Shown here: one piece after another, positions 7,971 to 15,828 of the stretch
How positions within the stretch are numbered: the stretch's first letter is position 1
Layout of the letters: each line of letters starts with the position of its first letter
NCBI RefSeq assembly: GCF_007559345.1
Contig: NZ_VMBH01000003.1
Coordinates: forward strand, 30,602-54,601
Origin: Cardinium endosymbiont of Dermatophagoides farinae
GTDB lineage: Bacteria; Bacteroidota; Bacteroidia; Cytophagales; Amoebophilaceae
Reading direction: 5' to 3'
Length of the DNA stretch: 24,000 bases
The notes under the pieces: generated by a model
Told to the model about the DNA's origin: nothing
Seen by the model: only the letters and a program-made list of their open reading frames with translations
Database searches by the model: none
Position numbers and translations under genes: made by a program

Positions 7971-8045
7971 TATATTACGCTTGGTATTTTAGGTCTAGCA
8001 AATGGGAAAGAAGATTGGTTTTTTTAGCATGGTGAATTTATAGTT

Positions 8046-9962
8046 ATGGCATTCGCAACATTTAACATCAAGGGCTACCAAAAAGGTTTAATAGGAATTG
8101 GTAAACACATAGATCGTTCTTGTCAGGAAGCTAAAAAAACAGGTGTATTTGAAGATTCAGAAGAGAAAGATTTGGTTTCAGAACTAGGCTTACATATAGA
8201 TCCCTCTAGAACATATTTAAATGAAGAGTGGGTCGATACAGGTGGTAAATCATTATCTGAACTTGTTGAACAAAGGATATCAGAGGGCTATAAATTATCT
8301 AAATCTATTCGATCAGATGCTGTTAAAGCTTTGGGTTTAGTTATGACTGGTAGTCATGACCGAATGAAAGAAATAGAGGCTAATGAAAAATTATTTGAGG
8401 GTTGGAAAAAAGCTAATTGGGATTTCGCTTGTAAGGAGTTTGGTGGAGAAAAAAATATTGTTCGATTTTCTATACATAGGGATGAAAGGACACCACATAT
8501 TCATTGTGTAGTAGTTCCAATTACTCCAGATGGAAGGTTAAGTGCTAAGCACTATCGACATGGTACGATTAAGTTGCAAGGCTATCAAAATAGATATGCA
8601 GAAGCTATGTCTCCTTTTGGATTGGAGCGTGGAATAGAAGTTTCATTAACTGGGAGAAAACATACGACATCAAAGGAATACTACAAAAGTATTAATAAAA
8701 TTGAAAGGGAAGTATCAATAGAAACTAAACATATAAACACTTTAAATCCCTTTCACCGTGAACAAGCCAAAGAGGAGTTAGAAAAAGTACAGGATAAGCT
8801 CCGTTCCTTAGAAGAAGAAAATAGAGGCCTTAAACAAGAAGTTATCTATTCTAGAAATACGCATAAAACGCTTATAGAGAATCGAATTAAAGATGATCTA
8901 GAAAAAGTGAAAAGAGAAGTTAATTTGATCCAACATGCTGCTTCTATGGGTTATGTTTTAGATAAAGAAAAAAGTTCCAAAAACTGGGCCGTTATGGAAA
9001 AAGAAAGTGATAAAATTTTGATTAAAAATGGGCCTAATCAAAATGGTCACTGGATGTATAAATCTTTGGTAGACGAACAAGAGAAAGGAACTATTGTGGA
9101 TTTTATGCAAAAACGTGGGTTTAGTTATCAGAGTATTTGTGGGTTGTCTAGTAGGCATTTAGATGATCGGATTGTTAAAGATCAAAAATCTTTATCTGTA
9201 GAAATAGGGGATGTTTTTTCACAGTGTCATATCGCTCGAGAGGTGTTTGACAGGGTTGTTGAGCATCAGAAAGGTAATTACTTGACTTGTAGAGGTATTG
9301 ATCAAACTACCTATGAGTGTTATACAGGTGTTAAAGTAGGTAATCAAGCTGTATTTGCTTTATACAGGAATATAGATAGCAACGGGAAAGGTACTATATG
9401 CAGCACTATTAGCTACCAGTTTGATGCTAAAGGTACCATGTCAGATGATGGATGTTTTAATAGCACTAAATACTTCCAAAAAGGGCTGCCTCGCGGGTTG
9501 TCTGTTTTGGTTGAGTCTGGTCTACCCGTAAAGCATATTGTGGTCTCAGAAAGTCCTATAGATGCTTTAAGTTATAAGCAGATGAGTAGTTCTTTGAAGG
9601 GCACTATGTATGTGTCTACTTGTGGTAGTTTATCTGAAGGGGTTAAAAGAGAGCTCTCAAATGTGTTGTCTAATGCTAGGGAGAATGGGTGGTCTGTAAC
9701 GTTGGCTTTTGATAGTGATAAAGCGGGTAGGAAGATGGATGAAGAGGTCCGTAGGTTGGCTGATGCGTGTCTGGTAGACTGTAGATCGTCTATACCCTAT
9801 CAGTTTAAAGATTGGAATGAAGAATTGGTATCTGGTTTAGGAAGGCAAGAAATGCTTAGAAAACTCCAAAAGGAGTTGGTAACTAGTGGGCAGGAGCACG
9901 AGTTGCGTAAGAAACGCGAAAGGGGGCCGACCGTGATGGGTATGGAAATTACTTGCGATTAA
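8046..9962 (+). CDS. MobV-family (Pre/Mob, PF01076-type) relaxase fused to DUF3991-like and Toprim domains
   Basis: N-terminus MAFATFNIKGYQKG...GKHIDRS. The MobV signature HxDExxPHxH appears as HRDERTPHIHCVVVP (nt 8475-8504). A central coiled coil follows (EELEKVQDKLRSLEEENRGLKQE). The segment ILIKNGPNQNGHWMYKSLVDEQEKGTIVDFMQKRG is DUF3991-like. Toprim acidic residues are VVSESPIDAL (E at 9549-9551) and AFDSDKAGRKMDEE (DxD at 9711-9719). Confidence 0.9.
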   Translation: MAFATFNIKGYQKGLIGIGKHIDRSCQEAKKTGVFEDSEEKDLVSELGLHIDPSRTYLNEEWVDTGGKSLSELVEQRISEGYKLSKSIRSDAVKALGLVMTGSHDRMKEIEANEKLFEGWKKANWDFACKEFGGEKNIVRFSIHRDERTPHIHCVVVPITPDGRLSAKHYRHGTIKLQGYQNRYAEAMSPFGLERGIEVSLTGRKHTTSKEYYKSINKIEREVSIETKHINTLNPFHREQAKEELEKVQDKLRSLEEENRGLKQEVIYSRNTHKTLIENRIKDDLEKVKREVNLIQHAASMGYVLDKEKSSKNWAVMEKESDKILIKNGPNQNGHWMYKSLVDEQEKGTIVDFMQKRGFSYQSICGLSSRHLDDRIVKDQKSLSVEIGDVFSQCHIAREVFDRVVEHQKGNYLTCRGIDQTTYECYTGVKVGNQAVFALYRNIDSNGKGTICSTISYQFDAKGTMSDDGCFNSTKYFQKGLPRGLSVLVESGLPVKHIVVSESPIDALSYKQMSSSLKGTMYVSTCGSLSEGVKRELSNVLSNARENGWSVTLAFDSDKAGRKMDEEVRRLADACLVDCRSSIPYQFKDWNEELVSGLGRQEMLRKLQKELVTSGQEHELRKKRERGPTVMGMEITCD

Positions 9963-10635
9963 GAGAGAGGGTATTCCTGGTATGTGTCTATATGTGTTTA
10001 TTTTATAAAAAAACAGAATAATATACTTGTTTTATATTTATAAGTCTGAATATCATGTATTTATATTTTTATGAAGTGTTTTTTTGTGTAAAATGGCACT
10101 TCGTATACATATAAAAAATTGATAACCAATAATATAAAGTATGTTTTTACATATATTTTAGTTGGAGTAGTAAAATGATACTTTATAGCGAATATTATTC
10201 TATCATAATGAATAATATAACTGTTTATTATGTATTTAGTGAAGTATTATTGATATAGAAAGACACTTCATATATATATAAACTAATATTCTGTTCCATA
10301 AAATATTTAATTATTTTATATTGATTTGTAGTGTTTTATAAAAATATGATTCCATTATAAAGATGATGAAATTCCTTATTATGAGTTATAATAGAATTTT
10401 TTGTATTGAAAATCAATTATAAATTTATAAATTTTTATATTATTCTCATAACCAATGTTAAACTTGTTGTAGAATTTTAGTATAAAGTATTTATAACTGA
10501 TTTGACATGATATTTCAAATCTATTCTTTACCTGTTTTTTCTGAAGTAGATTTTCTGAGCATAAAAATATTTAAATATCTGATTACCAATTAATATTTTT
10601 ATACCTATATAGAAGGATAGTAAGATATTATATAA

Positions 10636-10658
10636 ATGTTACTATAGATGTTACTATA
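10636..10658. repeat. Tandem direct repeat atgttactata (2 copies, 12-bp period)
   Basis: atgttactata g atgttactata read directly at 10636-10646 and 10648-10658. Confidence 0.9.
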
Positions 10659-10675
10659 TCACTTATAGTATTTAT

Positions 10676-10694
10676 AATATTGATAATCAATATT
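10676..10694. repeat. Perfect 19-bp palindrome aatattgat-a-atcaatatt
   Basis: 9-nt arms and a 1-nt centre, verified by reverse complement. It contains one copy of the dispersed motif GATWAYCAAT (other copies at 10121-10130, 10447-10456, 10581-10590). Confidence 0.9.
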
Positions 10695-10717
10695 ATATAT
10701 ATTTGTATTACACTAAC

Positions 10718-10837
10718 ATAGTAAGATAGTAAGATACTAGTATTATTTTATTTATGTAATATATAATAATAACATATACATACATATGTGTATATATATT
10801 TTATTATATATACACAATAATCTTACTATCTTACTAT
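10718..10837. repeat. Large inverted repeat: 18-bp iteron pair atagtaagatagtaagat / atcttactatcttactat flanking an alternating-TA/CA quasi-palindromic core
   Basis: The left arm (10718-10735) and right arm (10820-10837) are exact reverse complements. Each arm is itself a direct doublet of TAAGATAG. The centre holds catatg (10783-10788) inside atatacatacatatgtgtatatat. Confidence 0.9.
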
Positions 10838-10882
10838 TATTATTATAAAAATCTGTATTTCAGCGTAATATGATTTTTTGTA

Positions 10883-10915
10883 ATCTTACTAAGATCTTAC
10901 TAAGATCTTACTAAT
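10883..10915. repeat. Three head-to-tail 11-bp iterons atcttactaag/atcttactaag/atcttactaat
   Basis: Read directly. The 11-bp period is about one helical turn. Each junction creates the palindrome ATCTTA-c-TAAGAT, so the same TAAGAT half-site used at 10615-10627, 10718-10735 and 10820-10837 recurs. Confidence 0.95.
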
Positions 10916-11324
10916 AGTTACTATTTCCATATTAAAATGTTCGGTTTTTAGCCTAAAACATTGGTTAGTTAGACTATGTTAAGTTTATGTAAATCATCTA
11001 AATACGTATTAATCGTATGTTACGCATTGCAAAACGTATGATATTTTAGTTTTTTATTGATCTATAGCACTTTATACAAATAACAGTTGGTATAGATACT
11101 TGGTTATCTATACTATACTATATGATAATTACATCTGTAAACTGTGTGGCTCGTTTTCTTATTAATAATGCATATTTATAGGCTAAATATGTTGAAACGA
11201 CATATTATGAGTTCTGAGTTTTTCTCCAAAAGTTGAACGATAAGCAGCTTAAAAGAAAAATTAGTAATTTAGCTTCCGCATAATAATTTAAATCCTCAAT
11301 AAGAAAATATGATTTTATATAAGA

Positions 11325-11684
11325 ATGTATTATATTGGAACCATGTATAATAAAGGCATAAAAACATTCGAGGAATTTTTAGAAAATCCTTTTTTAGGTG
11401 AGAATATTGGAAATGCTATAGATATAGAATTTATGCTAAGTCTTTCTAAACCAGCTCAAAATATTATAAGATATATGGTGAAAAAAAAAACGTGTTTAGA
11501 AGATAAATTTTTATTTGACGTAGATGATTTTAATAAATTTTCAGGGTATAAATCTAGAGCGGTTTATCTTAAGGGTGTTATTGATCTAATCATGAAAAAC
11601 GTTTTAGCAAAAACGAAATTGCCTCATTTATATTGGGTCAATAAAGGTATCCTAGATAAGTCATCTTTGATAAGTGTAATGTAA
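11325..11684 (+). CDS. Small conserved protein, paralog family A (winged-helix-like DNA-binding protein suspected)
   Basis: 119-aa ORF; the more likely start is Met7 at 11343 (MYNKGIKTFEEFLENPF). It shares blocks with ORF 22246..22611: FEE.ENPF, NII[RK]Y[ML], E[ED]KFLF....FN[KR]F, VLAKTK.P.LYWVN. It lies at the edge of the iteron region, upstream of the primase-helicase. Confidence 0.7.
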   Translation: MYYIGTMYNKGIKTFEEFLENPFLGENIGNAIDIEFMLSLSKPAQNIIRYMVKKKTCLEDKFLFDVDDFNKFSGYKSRAVYLKGVIDLIMKNVLAKTKLPHLYWVNKGILDKSSLISVM

Positions 11685-11800
11685 CAAGAATCATCAAAGT
11701 ATAAAAAACCCTCCGAAGAAGGCTTTTTCTTACTTTAATTTTGGTAGGGAACCGAAATGAGTGTAAGAACCAGTTTCCAAACGGATTAAAATTCCAGCTT

Positions 11801-14083
11801 ATGATAACAAAAGAACAAATCCTGGAAAAGGTAGGGGGAGAGGAATATCTCATCCGCTACTTGGTTCCTACATTTAATTCAAATGTAAGAAAAAAAAATT
11901 ACAAATCTATATTTTCTGAGAAAGATGATAGACCAAGTATGTCTATTTATAAGGAAAAAAGGACAGGTACGTTAAAATTTAAATCTTTTAATACGGGTCA
12001 TCAGGGAGATGCCTTTAGGATGTGGGCGGATTATTATGGATTAGACTGTAAAACACAGTTTAAGGAACTTTTAGAACTCATTAACCAAGAGATGTGCTTG
12101 GGTTTGAATACTGAAAAGAAATCAAGAGTTGTTCCAAAATCAATTTTTCCTAATTTACCAACTGTTAAAGACATTGGAGTATCTTCACCTTCTCAAACAC
12201 TTCGTATTGAATACATGTCTGATTCAGAATCTTTTATTTCTAGATTATATCTAAAATACTGGCTACAGTATGGTATTGACCAATCTGTTTTAGGAAAGTT
12301 TGATGTTAAACAAGTAAGTTTTTTATCTTATACCGCTAACTCAGGTCGTTATTTGTCTTTTAAATACTTTGAAAAGCATCAGGTTGTATCGGCCTATCAT
12401 GTATCAGGTAGAGTTAAAGTATATATTCCAGAGATATCACCTTCATTTTCTAGTGATCCTTTTTTTAAAGGTCAGAAAAAATCATTTTCGTATAAGAATC
12501 AAAATAAAGATGATGTTTTTGGGTTGGTTCAGTTACCTGAAGGAAATTTAGACTATGTACTGTTTACAGCAGGGGAAAAAGATTGCATGAGTGCTTATGC
12601 ACATGGGTTTAGCAATGTTATTTCTTTACAGTCTGAGCACCAGATGCCTAGTGATGATCTGTTGAGAATTTTACGTAGTAAGACTTCCGTACTATTATGT
12701 TGTTATGATAATGATGAGGCAGGAAAGAATGCTTCTAAGAAGTTACAAGATTCTTTTGGTATTGTATCCGTTGAATTACCAGGAGATGTAAAGGATATAG
12801 CAGAATACTTTAAAAAGCATACTACTGCTGATTTCCAGTTACTTATAGATTATGGTATACAACAGGTAAAATCTATTTCTGTAAATTCTATTGATATCCA
12901 TAGGGTTAGGAAGTTAAGTAATACTAAACGCAGTAAAGTGAAAGCCTATTTAAGTAATAAGTTCAATTTTCGATTGAATGTAGTTACTCAAGAGCGTGAA
13001 ATGAGTACTAAGCGTAATCCTGATTTATGGGAAAAAGTTAACGTAAATGAACTAAGAGATAATTTAGATAGACATGGTTTTGAGTGTAATTTGGACTTAA
13101 TTAATTGTATATTAAAATCGTTTTTTGTAGGGCGTTTTAATCCTATAGAGTCATATTTTTTAGCTTTCGAAGGAAATGAATCTTCTGGTAATGAAGACTA
13201 TATTCATAAATTAGCCAGTTATGTTAATTTAAAGGATTCTACGTTTAATAATAATCAATATTGGTATACGCATCTTAAGAAATGGATGATTAGGGCGGTA
13301 CGTACGGTTTTTGAGGATGGAGAAATCAATAAACATGCTTTAATCTTATGCTCATCTAAAGAAAATATAGGTAAAAGTTATTTTTGTAGATTTTTGTGTC
13401 CTCCTACTCTTAGGAGATATTACAATGGTAATCCGATTATAAGCAATGAAAAAGATGCTCAAAAGGCTCTTATAAGAAACTTTATTATAGACTTGGATGA
13501 GCTACATCAGCTCCGTTCTAACTCAGAGGTAATTAAGACTTGGCTGTCTCAGCCTTATATTAATGTACGTTTGCCTTATCAGGAAGATGAAATAACAGCA
13601 TCACGTATAGCTTCTTTTGTAGGTAGTACCAATAATATTGAATTTTTAAGGTCAGGTTTGGGTAATAGTAGATGGATTAGTTTTGAAATAGATTCCATTA
13701 ACTATTTAGATGATGAGGCTATATATATATTAGAGAAAGCCTGGGAACAAGCCTATAGTTTGTATAAATTAGATCACGGTAGTGGGGAACTACGTGAAGA
13801 AGAATTTTTAGAGTTAAAAACTCGTTCTAATCAATTTAATACTAAGTCTACAGAGTCTGAATTGATAGTCCAGTATCTTTATCCCTCTACTAAGGAAGAA
13901 GGTGAGTTTATGACTACTACTGATATATTGAGATATATACAGAATATTGTTGGTACTACTATTAGATTGAATACTAGATTGGTAGGCAGTGCTCTAAGAG
14001 AATCAGGGTTTATTAGGGTTATGTATGGTAATTTAGATAGGGGACCTTTGTATGGCTATTTTGTTCAAAAGTTAAATGTTTAG
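11801..14083 (+). CDS. Primase-helicase: DnaG-like Toprim domain fused to a VirE / D5-type P-loop NTPase
   Basis: Toprim motifs are YVLFTAGEKDCMSAY and LLCCYDNDEAGKNASKKL...DVKDIAEYF. The C-terminal P-loop is SSKENIGKSYF (GKS at 13370-13378) with Walker B IIDLDELH. I prefer ATG 11801 (MITKEQILEKVGG), because the track start at 11741 is a TTG. Confidence 0.85.
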   Translation: MITKEQILEKVGGEEYLIRYLVPTFNSNVRKKNYKSIFSEKDDRPSMSIYKEKRTGTLKFKSFNTGHQGDAFRMWADYYGLDCKTQFKELLELINQEMCLGLNTEKKSRVVPKSIFPNLPTVKDIGVSSPSQTLRIEYMSDSESFISRLYLKYWLQYGIDQSVLGKFDVKQVSFLSYTANSGRYLSFKYFEKHQVVSAYHVSGRVKVYIPEISPSFSSDPFFKGQKKSFSYKNQNKDDVFGLVQLPEGNLDYVLFTAGEKDCMSAYAHGFSNVISLQSEHQMPSDDLLRILRSKTSVLLCCYDNDEAGKNASKKLQDSFGIVSVELPGDVKDIAEYFKKHTTADFQLLIDYGIQQVKSISVNSIDIHRVRKLSNTKRSKVKAYLSNKFNFRLNVVTQEREMSTKRNPDLWEKVNVNELRDNLDRHGFECNLDLINCILKSFFVGRFNPIESYFLAFEGNESSGNEDYIHKLASYVNLKDSTFNNNQYWYTHLKKWMIRAVRTVFEDGEINKHALILCSSKENIGKSYFCRFLCPPTLRRYYNGNPIISNEKDAQKALIRNFIIDLDELHQLRSNSEVIKTWLSQPYINVRLPYQEDEITASRIASFVGSTNNIEFLRSGLGNSRWISFEIDSINYLDDEAIYILEKAWEQAYSLYKLDHGSGELREEEFLELKTRSNQFNTKSTESELIVQYLYPSTKEEGEFMTTTDILRYIQNIVGTTIRLNTRLVGSALRESGFIRVMYGNLDRGPLYGYFVQKLNV

Positions 14084-14188
14084 TTTTTGTAGAGTGGTAT
14101 ATGTCTGTAATTATTTGCGGATTTTGTGTTTTTTTTGTAAAATTAGGCTTTAATATTGCTTGAATGATAAAGCCGTAGTAATAACAGT

Positions 14189-14196
14189 TAGTTTTG
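14189..14196 (+). promoter_or_regulatory. Possible Bacteroidetes -7 promoter element (TAnnTTTG)
   Basis: tagttttg matches TAnnTTTG and lies 22 nt upstream of the ATG at 14219. No convincing -33 element was checked. Confidence 0.25.
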
Positions 14197-14218
14197 ATTT
14201 AAACTAAAATAAACCAAC

Positions 14219-14836
14219 ATGAATACAAATAAATTTAAAATTATATTGTTCTTATGCGTAATAGGAGTAGTTGGGTGTAACAAAATAGAGAATCCAAGTT
14301 ATATGGATGGCGGAGGTGATAAACCTAAAGAAGTACCAGCGTTGAAATCTTCTATATCCGTTGCGCAAGGTAGTTCTACTACAGCTATTGTTAAGGGATT
14401 CAGTAAAAGTTATGATGAGGCACTGCAATCTTCCCTCAGTTCTATGAAATGTGTAGCTGATACTGCAAAGCAGGTTTCTATTAATAAGCAAGAGGCTGCT
14501 GAACGTGCGATTAAGGCTGCTTCCGATGCTAAAATTGCAGCAGAGATGACACGTAAGGCTGCTGATGATGCAGAAAGAAACACACCAGAATTAGGTGGAG
14601 ATAATACTTTGTATAATAAGGCGTTTCAGGATACTCTTAGTTCTATGAAATGTGTAGCTGATACTGCAAAGCAGGTTTCTATTAATAAGCAAGAGGCTGC
14701 TGAACGTGCGATTAAGGCTGCTTCCGATGCTAAAATTGCAGCAGAGATGACACGTAAGGCTGCCGATGATGCAGAAAGAAACACACCAGAATTAGGTGGA
14801 GGTGATGCTTCTACCTCAACAGGGAGTAAGACGTAA
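14219..14836 (+). CDS. Lipoprotein with an internally duplicated alpha-helical module; function unknown
   Basis: The signal/lipobox is MNTNKFKIILFLCVIGVVGC. The module SSMKCVADTAKQVSINKQEAAERAIKAASDAKIAAEMTRKAADDAERNTPELGG occurs twice. Confidence 0.8.
   Translation: MNTNKFKIILFLCVIGVVGCNKIENPSYMDGGGDKPKEVPALKSSISVAQGSSTTAIVKGFSKSYDEALQSSLSSMKCVADTAKQVSINKQEAAERAIKAASDAKIAAEMTRKAADDAERNTPELGGDNTLYNKAFQDTLSSMKCVADTAKQVSINKQEAAERAIKAASDAKIAAEMTRKAADDAERNTPELGGGDASTSTGSKT
14438..14800 (+). repeat. Tandem duplication: two 162-163-nt copies, 201-nt period, 1 mismatch
   Basis: Copy 1 (14438-14599) and copy 2 (14639-14800) are identical by direct comparison. The one exception is t14563 versus c14764, a synonymous change (gct/gcc Ala). 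Confidence 0.95.
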
Positions 14837-14981
14837 AACTGAATATGGTAGAGAGAAGAGACATAGTGGAATATGCCCTTGTAAGTTTTAACTCATTAAA
14901 GTTTATAACTATGGCTTTATATAATGTTATGTTATTTTAAAAATAAAACCACTAATCACTAATCGATTAACTTTAATTGCA

Positions 14982-15794
14982 ATGTCTAGAAGTATTAATA
15001 TAAAGAGGTTAACATCGCTATTACCAACGTATTTATTTTACGTTATTGTACCAATTTCTTTGATGGGAATGATGCCAGGTGGTGGTCCTCCAGGTGATCC
15101 GTATATTCAAACATATAATACTCTCACAGCACGTTATGCTGCTACTAATCAAAACACTAATCAATTATTAAATAATTACAATGATCAGTTGAGAAATTCC
15201 ATGATTGCCATGAGGGATAGTGCTCAAGATGCCCTTTTGTGGGCTCAACACCAGTTTGCACTTGCTCAAATTGATTTTAATACGGTGGAAATTATACGTC
15301 GGAGAATTGCTATTATGTTTAGTCATATCGGTCAGCATGCTACAGATGCTCAAGGTAGAGAAGCAGCTGTTCTAAATAATGTTCCTGGTGTTGCGCTTTT
15401 ACAAGGTGATCAGGATATTTTAGATGCCTTTGAAGAAGCTAGGGCTATTGATGAACGGGCTCAACTTTCTCTTAATGAAGCCCAAATTGCTGTTGATGAA
15501 ATACAAAATAATGTTATAAATGGTAATAATGGCATTAATAATAGATTGAATATAATTCAGCAAAGAATAATGAATTTACCAATTCTTGGTATTAATTATA
15601 CTAATGCTGATGTTTTAGCCTATAATCAGGCTCTTACAGCCATTAAGAACGCTTCTAATCATATTAATCAACGTACTTTCCCTGCTACATTATCTGCTTT
15701 GACGGCCCATAATTCACTTAATGATATTAGGCAGAGTATGAACGATATCGTCCTATTGGGCAATAATCTTGGTATTCAATTACCTCCATATTAA
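14982..15794 (+). CDS. Hypothetical N/Q-rich helical protein with an N-terminal TM/signal anchor
   Basis: 270 aa. A hydrophobic segment (LLPTYLFYVIVPISLMGMM) is followed by PGGGPPGDP and then long helical N/Q/A-rich sequence. I recognise no family. Confidence 0.6.
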   Translation: MSRSINIKRLTSLLPTYLFYVIVPISLMGMMPGGGPPGDPYIQTYNTLTARYAATNQNTNQLLNNYNDQLRNSMIAMRDSAQDALLWAQHQFALAQIDFNTVEIIRRRIAIMFSHIGQHATDAQGREAAVLNNVPGVALLQGDQDILDAFEEARAIDERAQLSLNEAQIAVDEIQNNVINGNNGINNRLNIIQQRIMNLPILGINYTNADVLAYNQALTAIKNASNHINQRTFPATLSALTAHNSLNDIRQSMNDIVLLGNNLGIQLPPY

Positions 15795-15828
15795 TCGCTA
15801 TACTCGATCTAAAAATATCTTATAAAAT

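Larger units (their letters stand above)
9963..11324. other. 1.36-kb ORF-free, very AT-rich, repeat-dense region: candidate vegetative origin / centromere
   Basis: No ORF of 60 aa or more on either strand. The region holds several distinct repeat families (listed separately). It lies between the relaxase and a small DNA-binding-like protein plus primase-helicase. Confidence 0.5.

Noticed and set aside
8958-9158. Minus-strand ORF of 66 aa inside the relaxase gene
   Set aside because: It is an antisense shadow of a motif-supported gene with low-complexity composition.
10883-10915. CRISPR array
   Set aside because: The repeats are only 11 bp and directly abut each other with no spacers. No cas genes are present. 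They were interpreted as iterons instead.
9963-11324. DnaA boxes / a classical oriC-type origin
   Set aside because: I found no convincing TTATCCACA-like 9-mers by eye. The origin call therefore rests only on iterons, AT-richness and neighbouring genes.
11709-11728. Possible rho-independent terminator ccctc-cgaa-gaagg followed by ttttt after the family-A gene
   Set aside because: On the plus strand the 5-bp stem contains a C-A mismatch. It pairs better on the minus strand (UUCG loop, U-tail), where no gene ends. It is too weak to call.
11638-12551. ORFs 11638..11853 (-) and 12369..12551 (+), and the TTG start at 11741 for the primase-helicase
   Set aside because: The first two are an overlapping shadow and an out-of-frame internal ORF. 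The 20-codon TTG-initiated extension (MVGNRNECKNQFPNGLKFQL) has no support, and the ATG at 11801 gives a sensible N-terminus.
14252-15353. Minus-strand ORFs 14252..14491 and 15168..15353
   Set aside because: They are antisense shadows within the lipoprotein and the 270-aa ORF.
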